Assembly: GCF_006345805.1 (NCBI RefSeq)
Contig: NC_042998.1
Location: 30,380,001-30,444,000 of the forward strand
Length of the DNA: 64,000 nucleotides
Direction of reading: 5' to 3'
Origin: Octopus sinensis
Taxonomy: Eukaryota
Below, one piece after another: positions 53,500 to 64,000 of this stretch (within the stretch, counting starts at the first letter, position 1; each line of letters begins with the position of its first letter). Under the pieces are notes generated by a model. That model did not search any database, was not told the origin of the DNA, and was given only the letters and a program-made list of their open reading frames with translations. A program made the position numbers and the translations under genes.

Positions 53500-53905
53500 C
53501 ATATATATATGTAGTTGAAATTTATAGAAAAACAAAAGACAGATGTATGAGCACCAAGCAAGTGTAATAGTTTGACGTTCGGGAAAGTGAAAAAGTCTTT
53601 TACGTTTCCCCCCCCTACGGAAGTGGGATGGGGGTGGTATCAATGAACAGAGAAGGTGGGTAGGAGCGAAGGGAAGAAGTAGACGTTAGATGAAGATAGA
53701 AGAGGAGGGGAGTCAGATGAAGAAAGGAGTGGAGTTGAGCTCATGTGGCACAAAGAAGCGAAGAGAGAAGATTCATTCTTGTTGACGGTGAAGACGGGAG
53801 CCTGGATGGTCCCTGTGCAAAGACTGCTGGAATACAATAAGGTGTTGTAGTGAAAGTTACAGAAATACTTTTTCGAGAGTGAGGATTACATTGTTCATTA
53901 TCAAA
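53500..53905 (-). mobile_element. Possible degraded PLE 3' remnant next to the mariner
   Basis: LIVFQQSLHRDH..SRL resembles a PLE linker; aaaagtcttttacgtttc (53591-53608) matches the HHR-bearing module at 61977-62020. Confidence 0.35.
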
Positions 53906-53911
53906 TATATA

Positions 53912-55198
53912 CGAGGGGCGTTCAATAAGTAATGCCCCTGATCCACTTCCCATAGCAGTAGAGCAACGAAACTTGGCACAGTTATTAGTCTTTTCCTACA
54001 TAGGAACCACCCAGAGTTATGCATTTCTCCCATTGTTTGATACAGCTCTGGAGACCGTTTTTGTAGAAGACCCCAGCTTGGTCCTCCAACCACGACGTGA
54101 CTTCAGAAATCAAGGCTGCATCATCTGGGAAATGCTTTCCTTTCAAAAACAACTTCATGGCTGGGAAGCGGTGAAAATCAGAGGGTGCAAGGTCAGGAGA
54201 GTAGGGGTGGAGTTCATAGCCGCACGCCTGTGCTTCTGATCTGGCGACAAGCAGGTTGTGAACCGGAGCGTTGTCCTGCAGGAGGAGGATGCCTTTGCTG
54301 ATTTTTCCCCGCCTCTTGATTTTGATAGCTTCTCTTAATTTCCTCAAAAGTGAAGCATAATATCCTCCTGTAATTGTGGTACCCTTTGCCAGGAAATCTG
54401 TCATCACTACTCCGTCCTGGTCCCAGAAGACTGTGAGCATGACCTTGCCAGCGGAGGGCTGTACCCTTGCCTTCTTTGGAGGAGGTGAGTCACGGTGATT
54501 CCACTGCATTGACTGGGCTTTGGTCTCTGGATCATAGTGATGGACCCAGGTTTTATCCTGTGTAATCAGTCTTTTGAAAAATTTTGACTCATCTTCTTGG
54601 CACATCTCCAAATTCATCCTCGTGCACTCGACGCGTTCTTGCTTCTGGAAAGGTGTGAGCAACCTGGAAATCCATCTGGCAGACACCTTTTGCATATCCA
54701 AATGGTCATGAATGATAGTTTCCACAGACCCGGTACTAATCTTGACCTCATGGGCTATTTGGCGAATAGTTATGCGTCGATCTTCCAAAATGGCAGCCTC
54801 AACGTGACGGACAGATGCCTCATCAATGGCAGAAGGGGGTGACCAGATCTGGGAGCTGTTTCCACAGAGTTCCGACCATGTTTGAATTCACGATGCCAGC
54901 GTTTTACAAGGTCATATGATGGGGCATCATCATCACCATAACTTACTTTCATTTCATCAAAAGTCTTCCGTGGTGTGCGTCCTTTCAAATACAAAAACCG
55001 GATCACTGCTCGACACCTCAACAGGCTCCATTTCATACTTGACTCAGTTTAAACACCTGTAAATCAGAAACCGCAATTAGTCCAGAGCTGTAATTCGCCA
55101 CTTAATCTATAGAGATATCAATAATTGCACATACAAAATTTCAGCCAGATCAAACAACTGCAATTGGGTCAGGAGCATTACTTATTGAACGTCCCTCG
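53912..55198 (-). mobile_element. Full-length mariner (DD34D) transposon, 1287 bp
   Basis: TA|CGAGGGGCGTTCAATAAGTAATGCCCCTGA left TIR and its near-exact reverse complement at the right end; TA duplication at 53910-53911 and 55199-55200. Confidence 0.95.
53985..55036 (-). pseudogene. Mariner transposase, frameshifted
   Basis: HTH N-terminus (ORF 54770-55036), WISRLLT (WVPR-like), ITQDKTWVHHYDP, LLQDNAPVH, YSPDLAPSDF; frameshift in the G-run at ~54835 and a short deletion before HPYSPDL. Confidence 0.92.
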
Positions 55199-55306
55199 TA
55201 TTTACTAGTTGGTGCTATATGAATTAATATTTTAACATTTATATAGTGTATATTATGGTAAAAAGGCTTTTTTGAAGTCGTAATCTAGGGAATGTGTGTG
55301 TATGCA

Positions 55307-55348
<42 letters not shown>

Positions 55349-55437
55349 GCGTTATGACATAAATATTTACTAGTTGTTACTATCAAAAATATTCCTTTCT
55401 ACTATAAGCACAAGGCCTGAAATTTTGGGAAAGGATA

Positions 55438-55582
55438 AGTCGATTTTATAGAGCCCAGTGGTTTGCTGTTACTTAATTTATTGACTTCGAAAGGATAAAA
55501 GACAAAGTCGACCCCTCTGGCATTTGAACTCAGAACGTGAAAACAAACGAATTACCGCTAATGATTCTGCCAGCTCGCCGCC
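55438..55582 (-). mobile_element. SINE family C, degraded
   Basis: gcatttgaactcagaacg and gattctgccagctcgccgcc remnants. Confidence 0.7.
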
Positions 55583-55716
55583 TATCGCTAATATTAATAT
55601 GTTAACATCTATATTGTGCGCATTTGTACTTTACGCTAAAAATATTTTTTTCCGAAGTGGTAGACTACGGAATGTGTGCGTGTGTGTATGCACATATATA
55701 TAGGTTATATATATAT

Positions 55717-55773
<57 letters not shown>

Positions 55774-55788
55774 AGATCAAGTTATAAT

Positions 55789-55822
<34 letters not shown>

Positions 55823-56380
55823 AAGTGTGTACGTATATGTAAACAAGAAAAGTACATATTACATACCTTGCTGTCAAATCATTGGATTAATCCCAACAAA
55901 ATACAAACTTTTTATAAATTTTATCAATATAAATATTTGTTCGCCTAAACATTTCAGGCTGTGGTCTTGCCTCTTATAAAAGAAAAAAACAATTTAGCTT
56001 TGGATAATTCCTACTCAAACTCGAATTGTGATTCATTTTTCTGTCTGAGAGGAGACGGAGAGAAAATAAAAGTTTTCTCTACAAAAAGCGATTTAAAATA
56101 AAATATATCTTAATTGTTGTGTGAGAAAAAATATATATATATACATATGTTCTGATGATGAAATATTGTATCATTTAGAAACATTCTTAGTTTACTGACT
56201 ATATCTTGTGTGTTTAACAAAACAAAATATTTGTTTTCTCTTCTACAGAATTACGTGCGTGTGAGAGAGAAATATATAAGACATATTTCTGTGTACTTTT
56301 ATCTGTTTATTCGGAGGTCCTGTTTTCCACTCTCTCCTTTTTCTGAACAAAAATAAGGGCTTGCGACACATTAGGAGGTC

Positions 56381-56614
56381 AGGCGAGCTGGCAGAAACGT
56401 TAGCACGCCGGGCGAAATGCTTAGCGGTATTTCGTCTGCGTTACGTTGTGAGTTCAAATTCCGCCGAGGTCGACTTTGCCTTTCATCCTTTCGGGGTCGA
56501 TAAATTAAGTACCAGTTACGCACTGGGGTCGATGTAATCGACTTAATACCTATGTCTGTCCTTGTTTGTCCCCTCTGTGTTTAGCCCCTTGTGGGTAATA
56601 AAAGAAATAGGTAC
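56381..56614 (+). mobile_element. SINE family C
   Basis: Complete copy. Confidence 0.9.
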
Positions 56615-57152
56615 TTGATCCCACGCAAAAAATCCGAGGTCTTTTTTGTTTCTTAGTGTACTTCCCAAAATTTACCGCTATTTCTTCATTCATTTTCTTA
56701 CAAATAAATAAGAACATATAAATAAATATATATTGTGAGGATGCTATATAGGGCAAATGGTATAAGCAAACTACAAACCTGTATATTTAATGTGGAATTT
56801 GCATTCAAACATCGATTCAAATTAAATTTTAGCAAGTGGTGTTGGGGTTTTGTTCTAAAAATAGCCAGAGGTTGATCTTTCAACCCCACGGAACAAGGGA
56901 TGGTCATAGTTCAGAGGAACCTAATCATAATACTACTCTCCATTTTAGTGGTACAAATTCTTTACTGTTACGTATGTTTGAATGCAAATTCCTCATTAAA
57001 TATACAGGTTTGTAGTTTGCATATACCATTTGCCCTATATAACATCCTCACAATATATATTTATTTATATGTTCTTATTTATTTGTAAGAACAATAAATC
57101 TAGGTATATAATTATTTGTTATCCCTCATTTATTTATTTTTGCTTATTGTTA

Positions 57153-57366
57153 TTGTGTGTCTTTATTGAACGAAAACACCTAAAGCTACTCGAGGCTCCG
57201 GCAGGGGGTGGTGGCGACCCCTGTTGTACTCTTTCGCCCCAACTTTCTCTCACTCTCTCTTCCTGTTTCTTGAGTATCGCTGGCGTCCCGTCCAGCTGGG
57301 GAGAACACATACGCCACGGGAACCGGGAAACTGGGCTCATGAGCATGGCTAGGCTTGAAAAGGGCG
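57153..57366 (+). mobile_element. SINE family A body with alternative tail 2, 5'-truncated
   Basis: aaaacacctaaagct body, then ggcgtcccgtccagctgggg..gctaggcttgaaaagggc. Confidence 0.82.
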
Positions 57367-57720
57367 CATAAAAAAAGATTAAAAGATATGCACATTATTT
57401 AATTACATTAACTGCCCACTCCAACAAGGTAATCCCTTTACTGCTACGCTGCAAATATTTTCATATCTGCCGAGAACCCTCAGAGACAATTTTTTCTCGA
57501 GCATCGTCACACAGCTGAATGTAATTACAGTCAGTTAATGAGATAGCTTCGCTTTTGGAAATCTGTGAGAATTCCTTAAATTTTAATCATGCTTCCGACA
57601 ATCAATAACGGCAGTATCGATAGTACAGCATTCCATGGAGCTGATCAACTTCCTTCTCAGTAGATGTCAGTATTTGTTCTGAGTCGTGCTAGTTCATTTT
57701 ATGTACGTATACAATTGACT

Positions 57721-58031
57721 GTGGAGGCGCAATGGCCCAGTGGTTAGGGCAGCGGATTCGCAGTCGGAGGATCACGGTTTCGATTCCCAGACCGGGCGTT
57801 GTGTGTGTTTATTGAACGAAAACACCTAAAAGCTCCACCAGGCTCCGGCAGGGGATGGTGCCGACCTCTGTTGTACTCTTTCACCACAACTTTCTCTCAC
57901 TCTCTCTTCCTGTTTCTTGAGTAACGCTGCGATGGACTGGCGTCCCGTCCAGCTGGGGGGAACACATACGCCACAGAAACCGGGTAACCGGGCCCATAAG
58001 CCTGGCTAGGCTTGAAAAGGGCGAAGAGATG
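57721..58031 (+). mobile_element. SINE family A head and body with tail 2, 9-bp TSD
   Basis: CAATTGACT at 57712-57720 and 58032-58040; A/B boxes present. Confidence 0.9.
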
Positions 58032-59310
58032 CAATTGACTTAATATAGTTCGCTCATGTCAAACTCTTAAAAATAAGAGAGTGCTAAATATATTTACCTT
58101 ATGGAAAGCCACCTCAAGAAGCTAGAAATATTAGTGAGTCGAGCAACCATGATAACCATAAGGATACATGCCAACAATCAGGTATGCTCATTAAATAATT
58201 TTATACCACATGAACTAGAAAATTAAATGACAAATTTATAATTACTTATCTTTGAGTGCAATCTATCATTATTACATTTCAATAGCCTGGTAAGAAACAA
58301 AAAATATTTATATTCACAACTATGAAAATTCAGCAAACTAATATTTCTATGCGTAAAAGCGAGAACTATTTTCAGAATTTCTTGTAACATTGGCCAACAC
58401 CTAAAAGTTCATTTACCCTAGGAAAAAGATATATAAATTACAATTAATTACACATTTGTTTTACTTGTTCCTTATACTAAATATTTGCCTCCGTTTATCT
58501 TGTTTCTCATTTTCCGTGATTTATAAAAAAGATAAGAATAAAAACAAAATGAAATCCCAATTAATTTAAGTGTGTATTTTCAAGAATTACATACTGTATG
58601 ATTGTCTGAAAGATGATATTATAATTATATTCGCTTCTGATAAGCGTTTACACTCATTTCTCAATTATTTCATACGTCGTGAAATTAAGACGAGTGGAAA
58701 ATGGGATGGTTTCCCATTATCTAATATTCAAGTAAAATACAAATATAAATGATGCCATTTCAAGCGGAATTTGAGTGGTTCTCCTTAAATATATACATCA
58801 ACCACCACTAATGATATAATACCCTCTACTTTATTACTGATAAAAGTATTAAAAATCTTGCTTAATCTTGACTCTGTGATATTCTACGTTCTTATTTTCG
58901 ATCCAATTTACTCACTGCAATTATAAATACTAGACTGGGGCAAATTGTCAGAATCTTTTGTTTTGGACAGCATTCTGGCTATTTATGATCTAATTTCAAA
59001 TGTATCGGAGGTCAGTTTTTTTGTTTCATCCTTCCGGCGTTGATAAAATTGAGTACCGGTGAATTGCAAGGATCGACTCTCTTGGTTATACGATAACCAA
59101 CAAAATAATTGCTTCGGAGAAGCTATACCAAACACATCAGTAAAAATGAATTCCTGCATGAGTAGATTCTGTAAAGCATCGGACAAATTGTATGCACTTA
59201 CTGTTTGCATGCTGTTACTTCTGGCAAGGTTGATTATCCTTCTGTTGTCGGTGAATACATATCATCAGAATATTTCGATCCATGAAATAGATTTTAGCGT
59301 GTCGAAATAT

Positions 59311-59564
59311 ATGTGGAGGCGCGTGGCTAAGTGGTTAGGGTGTCAACATCATGATCGTAAGATTGTGGTTTCGATTCCTGGACCAGGCGATGTTCTTGAG
59401 CAAAACACTACATTTCACGTTGCTCCAGTCCACTCAGCTGGCAAAAAGGAGTCACGCTGAGATGGACTGGCGTCCCGTCCAGCTGGGGAACACATACGCC
59501 ATTAAAACCGGGAAACCGGGCCCATGAGCCTAGCTAGGCTTTAAAAAGGGCTTTTTTTTATTTA
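59311..59564 (+). mobile_element. SINE with tRNA head, a different central domain and tail 2, 10-bp TSD
   Basis: GTCGAAATAT at 59301-59310 and 59565-59574; centre ttgagcaaaacactacatttcacgttgctccagtccactcagctgg. Confidence 0.85.
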
Positions 59565-59751
59565 GTCGAAATATTAGAATAATAATCAAGACGATTTATT
59601 TTTATGCATATCTCGCCGCAAAACATTAGCAATTAGATTTCACTCTATTTCTATATATGTCGCCGACCTGTGATTCACTTCGCTTCGAAATGATCCGAGT
59701 ACATGGCATTGATAAGCCACGACAATAGTGAAGTATCGGTATCTACCATTT

Positions 59752-59980
59752 TTATTTCTTTATTGCACACAAAGGGCTAAGCATAGAGGGGACAAACAAG
59801 AATAGACGAAGAGATCACGTCGATTACATCGACCCCAGTGAATTCCTGGTACTTAATTTATCGACACCGAAAGGATGAAAGGCAAAGTCGACCTCGGCGG
59901 AATTTGAACTCAGAACGTAGCGGCAGACGAAATACCGCTAAGCATTTCGCCCGGCGTGCTAACTTTTCTGCCAGCTCACC
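59752..59980 (-). mobile_element. SINE family C
   Basis: Complete copy in reverse complement. Confidence 0.88.
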
Positions 59981-60139
59981 GGGTATGACCATTCTTGGTT
60001 ATGCGCGGTGATTCCGCCTGGTCTGTGACATTTAGGGGTTCTTTGACACTCGGCGTCGTGTAGGGAGCTTTCCCCGGATATTATCCAGTAGCATACAAAG
60101 AATATGTTTACATTCTCATTCACCTTACACTGAGGCTTT

Positions 60140-60176
<37 letters not shown>

Positions 60177-60184
60177 TCCAAACA

Positions 60185-60735
60185 TAAAAACACAAAGAGA
60201 AAACACAACAACGCGAGAACGTGGAACAAATATAGTATTATTGGACGCTCAGGAAGGAAGGGAAGAAGGAGGGTTTAACGTTTCGAGCGGAGCTCTTCGT
60301 CAGAAACATAGGAAAAGGAAAGATCCAGAGAAGGGAAGACGGAGGGAAAAAAATCGCCAACGGTACACACGCGGTCAAATTTTTGGGAAGGAAATAGATG
60401 GTGGAGGTCCGGGGTGTACGGATGATGAGGTTGGTGGCGGTGATGGGAGAGCAGAAGAGGAGATGACGTCGTGGATGGTGGAGGACACTCGCTGCTGGTA
60501 GGAGGAGGTGCGATCGGAGGGGAGGAGGCGATAGAAGAGGGGATTTTGAAGCTGGCTGAGCGCTTCCTCCCTGTATAGGTCCGCGCGCCACACCACCACT
60601 GCTCCGCCTTTGTCTGCCGGTTTTTGACAATGTCATTGCGCATTGCGGCGACGGAGGTTGCGAAGGGCAATCGATTCAGCACGAATGAGGTTGTCTCTGA
60701 GAGATCCTTTTTTGAAATTGAATCGGTTGACCGAT

Positions 60736-60745
<10 letters not shown>
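60185..60745 (-). mobile_element. Internally deleted PLE: RT N-terminal fragment joined to a terminal module with a minimal HHR
   Basis: VVWRADLYREEALSQLQNPLFYRLLPSD and IIRTPRTSTIYFLPK (PLE DKG..Y..L..DPT and Y.LPKIHK regions). Confidence 0.82.
60273..60307 (-). ncRNA. Minimal type I hammerhead (35 nt)
   Basis: GTTT-CTGACGA-A-GAGC(TCC)GCTC-GAAA-CG-TT^AAAC. Confidence 0.72.
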
Positions 60746-60771
<26 letters not shown>

Positions 60772-61631
60772 ATGAAATAGAGAAATAAAATTGACATACT
60801 AAAAATTTATTCACATTGTTGTATTATAAAATCTAGTATAAAACGATAAAATAAAACATTTAAAAAAAAAAAGAAAAATATGAAGCCAACAATTTGTTTC
60901 GACTCATATACCCTAGTGAATTTACAAATAAATTCACATCTATGTATACAAGTCCCCTCAGGGCCTTTGCTCAAAAAACAGATGAAATTCCATGTAAGGA
61001 CTGCCAAATTATCAAAATAGACTGATTAAAAAAAACCTATGTTGAGAAGCGTGAACATTAATAATTCATATACATAATAAATACAATACAAGCAACAACA
61101 AAATTCAAATGGATAAAATTATTTAGTAAAAAAATTTACAACGGTCATAAAATGTTCTAACGGATCTCCAATGATATTAATCGAAAATAATCACTGGCCA
61201 TTATATAATATAATATCCATACCTGTATAAAATATCCATAACCATATAAAATTGATGTTGGAGTAGGAATATATATTTTACTTAAAATTACTATATATTA
61301 TGATGTAAAACGATAAATGGATAAGGGTATATTTAATTCAGACACTAAATTCAATAAAAAATTTCTTAATCAACAATTCATTTATTCAGAATGTTACTAC
61401 CAAATGTGCCGACGTTCAACAAATGTATAAAGTTATGATTATTATAAAACCATACCATTTTTTAATACAAAATAATGATAATGATATATAAATAATCAGA
61501 GTTTTAATTAGTTTTACAGAAGGAAATAAAGTTAATGCAATATTTTTATTGCATAAATTTATATTACTTATATAAGTTCGAAAGAGCATGATATTAACTA
61601 TGCCCCCCCCCTAAATATCATAGGTACTACA

Positions 61632-61838
61632 CTTTTACTCTTTTACTTGTTTCAGTCATGTGATTGTGGCTATGCTGGAGCACCGCCTTTAGTCGAGCAA
61701 ATTGACCCCAGGACTTATTATTTGTAATCCTAGTACTTATTCTATCGGCCTCTTTTGCCGACCCGCTAAGTTACGGGGATGTAAACACACTAGCATCAGT
61801 TGTCAAGCGACGGTGAGGATACAAACACAGACACACAA
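61632..61838 (-). mobile_element. SINE family B, 3' half
   Basis: Matches the 3' half of family B. Confidence 0.85.
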
Positions 61839-61904
61839 TTACAAAATCCATCTACTGGTTACTTAATGAATTATTGAATTATCATTCCATATACATATAT
61901 ATAT

Positions 61905-62112
61905 ATGATAGATCGGTAGCCACTACACACATTTTTTTCTTCTCTCCTCGTTTCTCTCCTTGTTTTTTTTGTGTCCCTTTCTGTAGAAGAGCGTAGGCTC
62001 GAAACGTAAAAGACTTGTTCAATCCCTAAGCGTTATACTAATACATCTGTTTGTTTTGTACACCACCTGTTTTCGTATTTTGTTTTTTTTCGCGAACTCT
62101 CCCCCTATATAT
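61905..62112 (+). mobile_element. Solo PLE-type terminal module with a minimal HHR-like motif (61977-62012)
   Basis: CTTT-CTGTAGA-A-GAGC(GTAG)GCTC-GAAA-CG-TA^AAAG; core A6 replaced by U; flanked by TA. Confidence 0.55.
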
Positions 62113-62430
62113 GACTCGCGGGTAGTCAAAGTAGTTGTTCACAGACAACAAAGCAGTGTTGAAAATGTCGGCGGTTCAGATAGAGAAGCACGGGAGATAT
62201 AAGTGTTGAGGTAAGGGAGTGGAAGTAGCAAGAGAGAAGAAAGATGTGGCAAGAGAAAAGAATTGTAGCTACGAAGGGAAATTATAATATTTCGATATTA
62301 ACATAACGAGCAAAGAAACTTAACCACTATCAAGTGAACAAAAACAGGAACAATGCAAGTAAACGAAAATGTTATCAGCTCGTATACTTACAACCAGGGA
62401 AATATAACAGAAAAACCTTTTGAAAAGTAA

Positions 62431-63220
62431 AAAATATGGAAAGAGGAAGAACATGATATTTCATTTATTTAGTTTTCTTTTCAATAGATTTAAATATCCC
62501 TGTCTACCTCTCTCACACTTCTCTGTTTGTGTTTACTGCTGTGCATGCACTTATGTGTGCATTTATTTCCAAATGATTTCACGTATATTTGTTCAACACC
62601 AAATGTTAAAATGCTTCCTGTGGCTGATTTGGTGGGGTCGAAAGCAATTTTGACCCTATGGACCCAATCAGCCAAAGATCTGTTTTTTCCACATGTTCTA
62701 AAGATGGCCGGTTCTAGGTATCCGGTGATTCTTGAGAGACGCACCCCCCACACACACACACAAGTGTCACCTGTGCCTGGAATCTGGCCACATAAAGAAG
62801 AACTGCTCCAAGAACCAAGCAAGGGTACTGGAGCAGTTAATAGAAGAAGATCTCCCTGTCCCCCCAAGAGAGGTTCCTGAATCTCTAGCGGAGGGAAAGC
62901 TAGAGAAAGTCGAGGAGGAGATAACCTCCTCGAAAACAAAAAGAAAAAAGAAAGAAGGTGGGCAACTATGGTTGCCCATCAATGGATCCTGAGGCGGGCG
63001 GTGGGAGGGAAGGAGGAACTTCCGAATATGACGGAGGAACTCTAAAAAAAAACATGGAAAGAGGAAGAACATATTTCATTTATTTCGTTTTCAATTCAAT
63101 AGATTTAAATACCTCTGTCTATCTATCTCACACTTCTCTCTTTGTGTTTGCTGTTATGCATGCGCTTATGTGTGCAATCATTTCCAAATGATTTCTCGTA
63201 TATTTGTTCAACACCAAAAT
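62431..63220 (+). mobile_element. Two ~170-bp direct repeats around a CCHC zinc-knuckle (gag/ORF1-like) fragment
   Basis: Repeats at 62431-62604 and 63049-63220; CHLCLESGHIKKNC at 62765-62806. Confidence 0.55.
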
Positions 63221-64000
63221 GGCCGCGTAAAAATTTCTCTTGCCAAATATGCCATTTTGTTTTGTGTTTACTGGAGACGTGAAAATAGACAAACAACAAA
63301 CCCTGAGTGTGTTTATAAGCTTTATTTTGTATGCGTCATTTCAGATATAGAAATATTAGTTTTAACGCTCAGTTTCAGACCAGACAGCTCGCAAATCAAA
63401 TTTATAATCGTATCACTTAGAACGATTTATTGAAAAATTTAGATTTATTAGGTTTTAACTTTTTTAATTGTGACCACATTTGTATATTTTAGGATCGACC
63501 GTGGTTCAAGCTTGACTAATAAAATATCAATTATTTGCTTTGTCATGTAAAATCTAATATATCTTAGTGCCAAGACGTCTCGAGCCAAATTATTCTGAAG
63601 TCTCAGTGGTGCCAAATAGCTAGCGGCAACTCCTCAGCACCAAAGCATCTTTAACAACGCCCAGACCATCAACAATACTTCCAGGAAGCATTTAAAGACG
63701 ATCATTGACAGGAGACCAAGATTTCGTAATCAACTATCCGGTAAATAGTATCAGAGAACATCAAGTCCGTGCTCTAATGTATGATGAAGTAAAAAGAGTT
63801 TGAGCTGTTAAGATCCAAGTGATACTGTGATCTGGTTGAATTTCTTCCAGAACAGACTAAGGCGCCTCTATAATCTTCTCACTCTCTATTCCACTGTAGT
63901 GAAAACTTTAGCAGGGAGTGTTTCTGCCAACTCGCCATACCAGGTTGCATACAACAATTTCCCAATGGTTGTAGGATCGTGAGAAAGAAAACTAAATTAA

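Noticed and set aside
63590-64000. Slightly GC-richer stretch that could be a coding remnant
   Set aside because: Stops in the frames I read and no motif I can identify with confidence.

Overview
AT-rich (microsatellite- and SINE-dense) animal genomic DNA, most likely a cephalopod such as Octopus (inference from the repeat families). I find no host protein-coding gene: every credible ORF is a transposon remnant, and the rest are microsatellite or SINE read-throughs. The window holds (i) many Penelope-like element (PLE) remnants with GIY-YIG endonuclease or RT motifs; (ii) RTE and CR1-group LINE pieces, a full-length defective mariner and a non-autonomous Helitron; (iii) several tRNA-derived SINE families; (iv) an ~8.65-kb block (28585-37231) repeated across a 100-N gap (37332-46002), probably an assembly or haplotype duplication. 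The main discovery, invisible in the ORF track, is a dense set of type I hammerhead ribozyme (HHR) motifs from at least five sequence families. The most striking is a protein-free ~530-bp monomer with one HHR per unit, arranged as a tandem array that flips polarity in the middle (29961-32028), i.e. a retrozyme-like system with ribozymes on both strands. Other HHR families carry an unusual CCGAnGA core. Several fold-back palindromes sit next to (TA)n tracts. Ribozyme calls are by-eye structure matches; none has been tested for activity.
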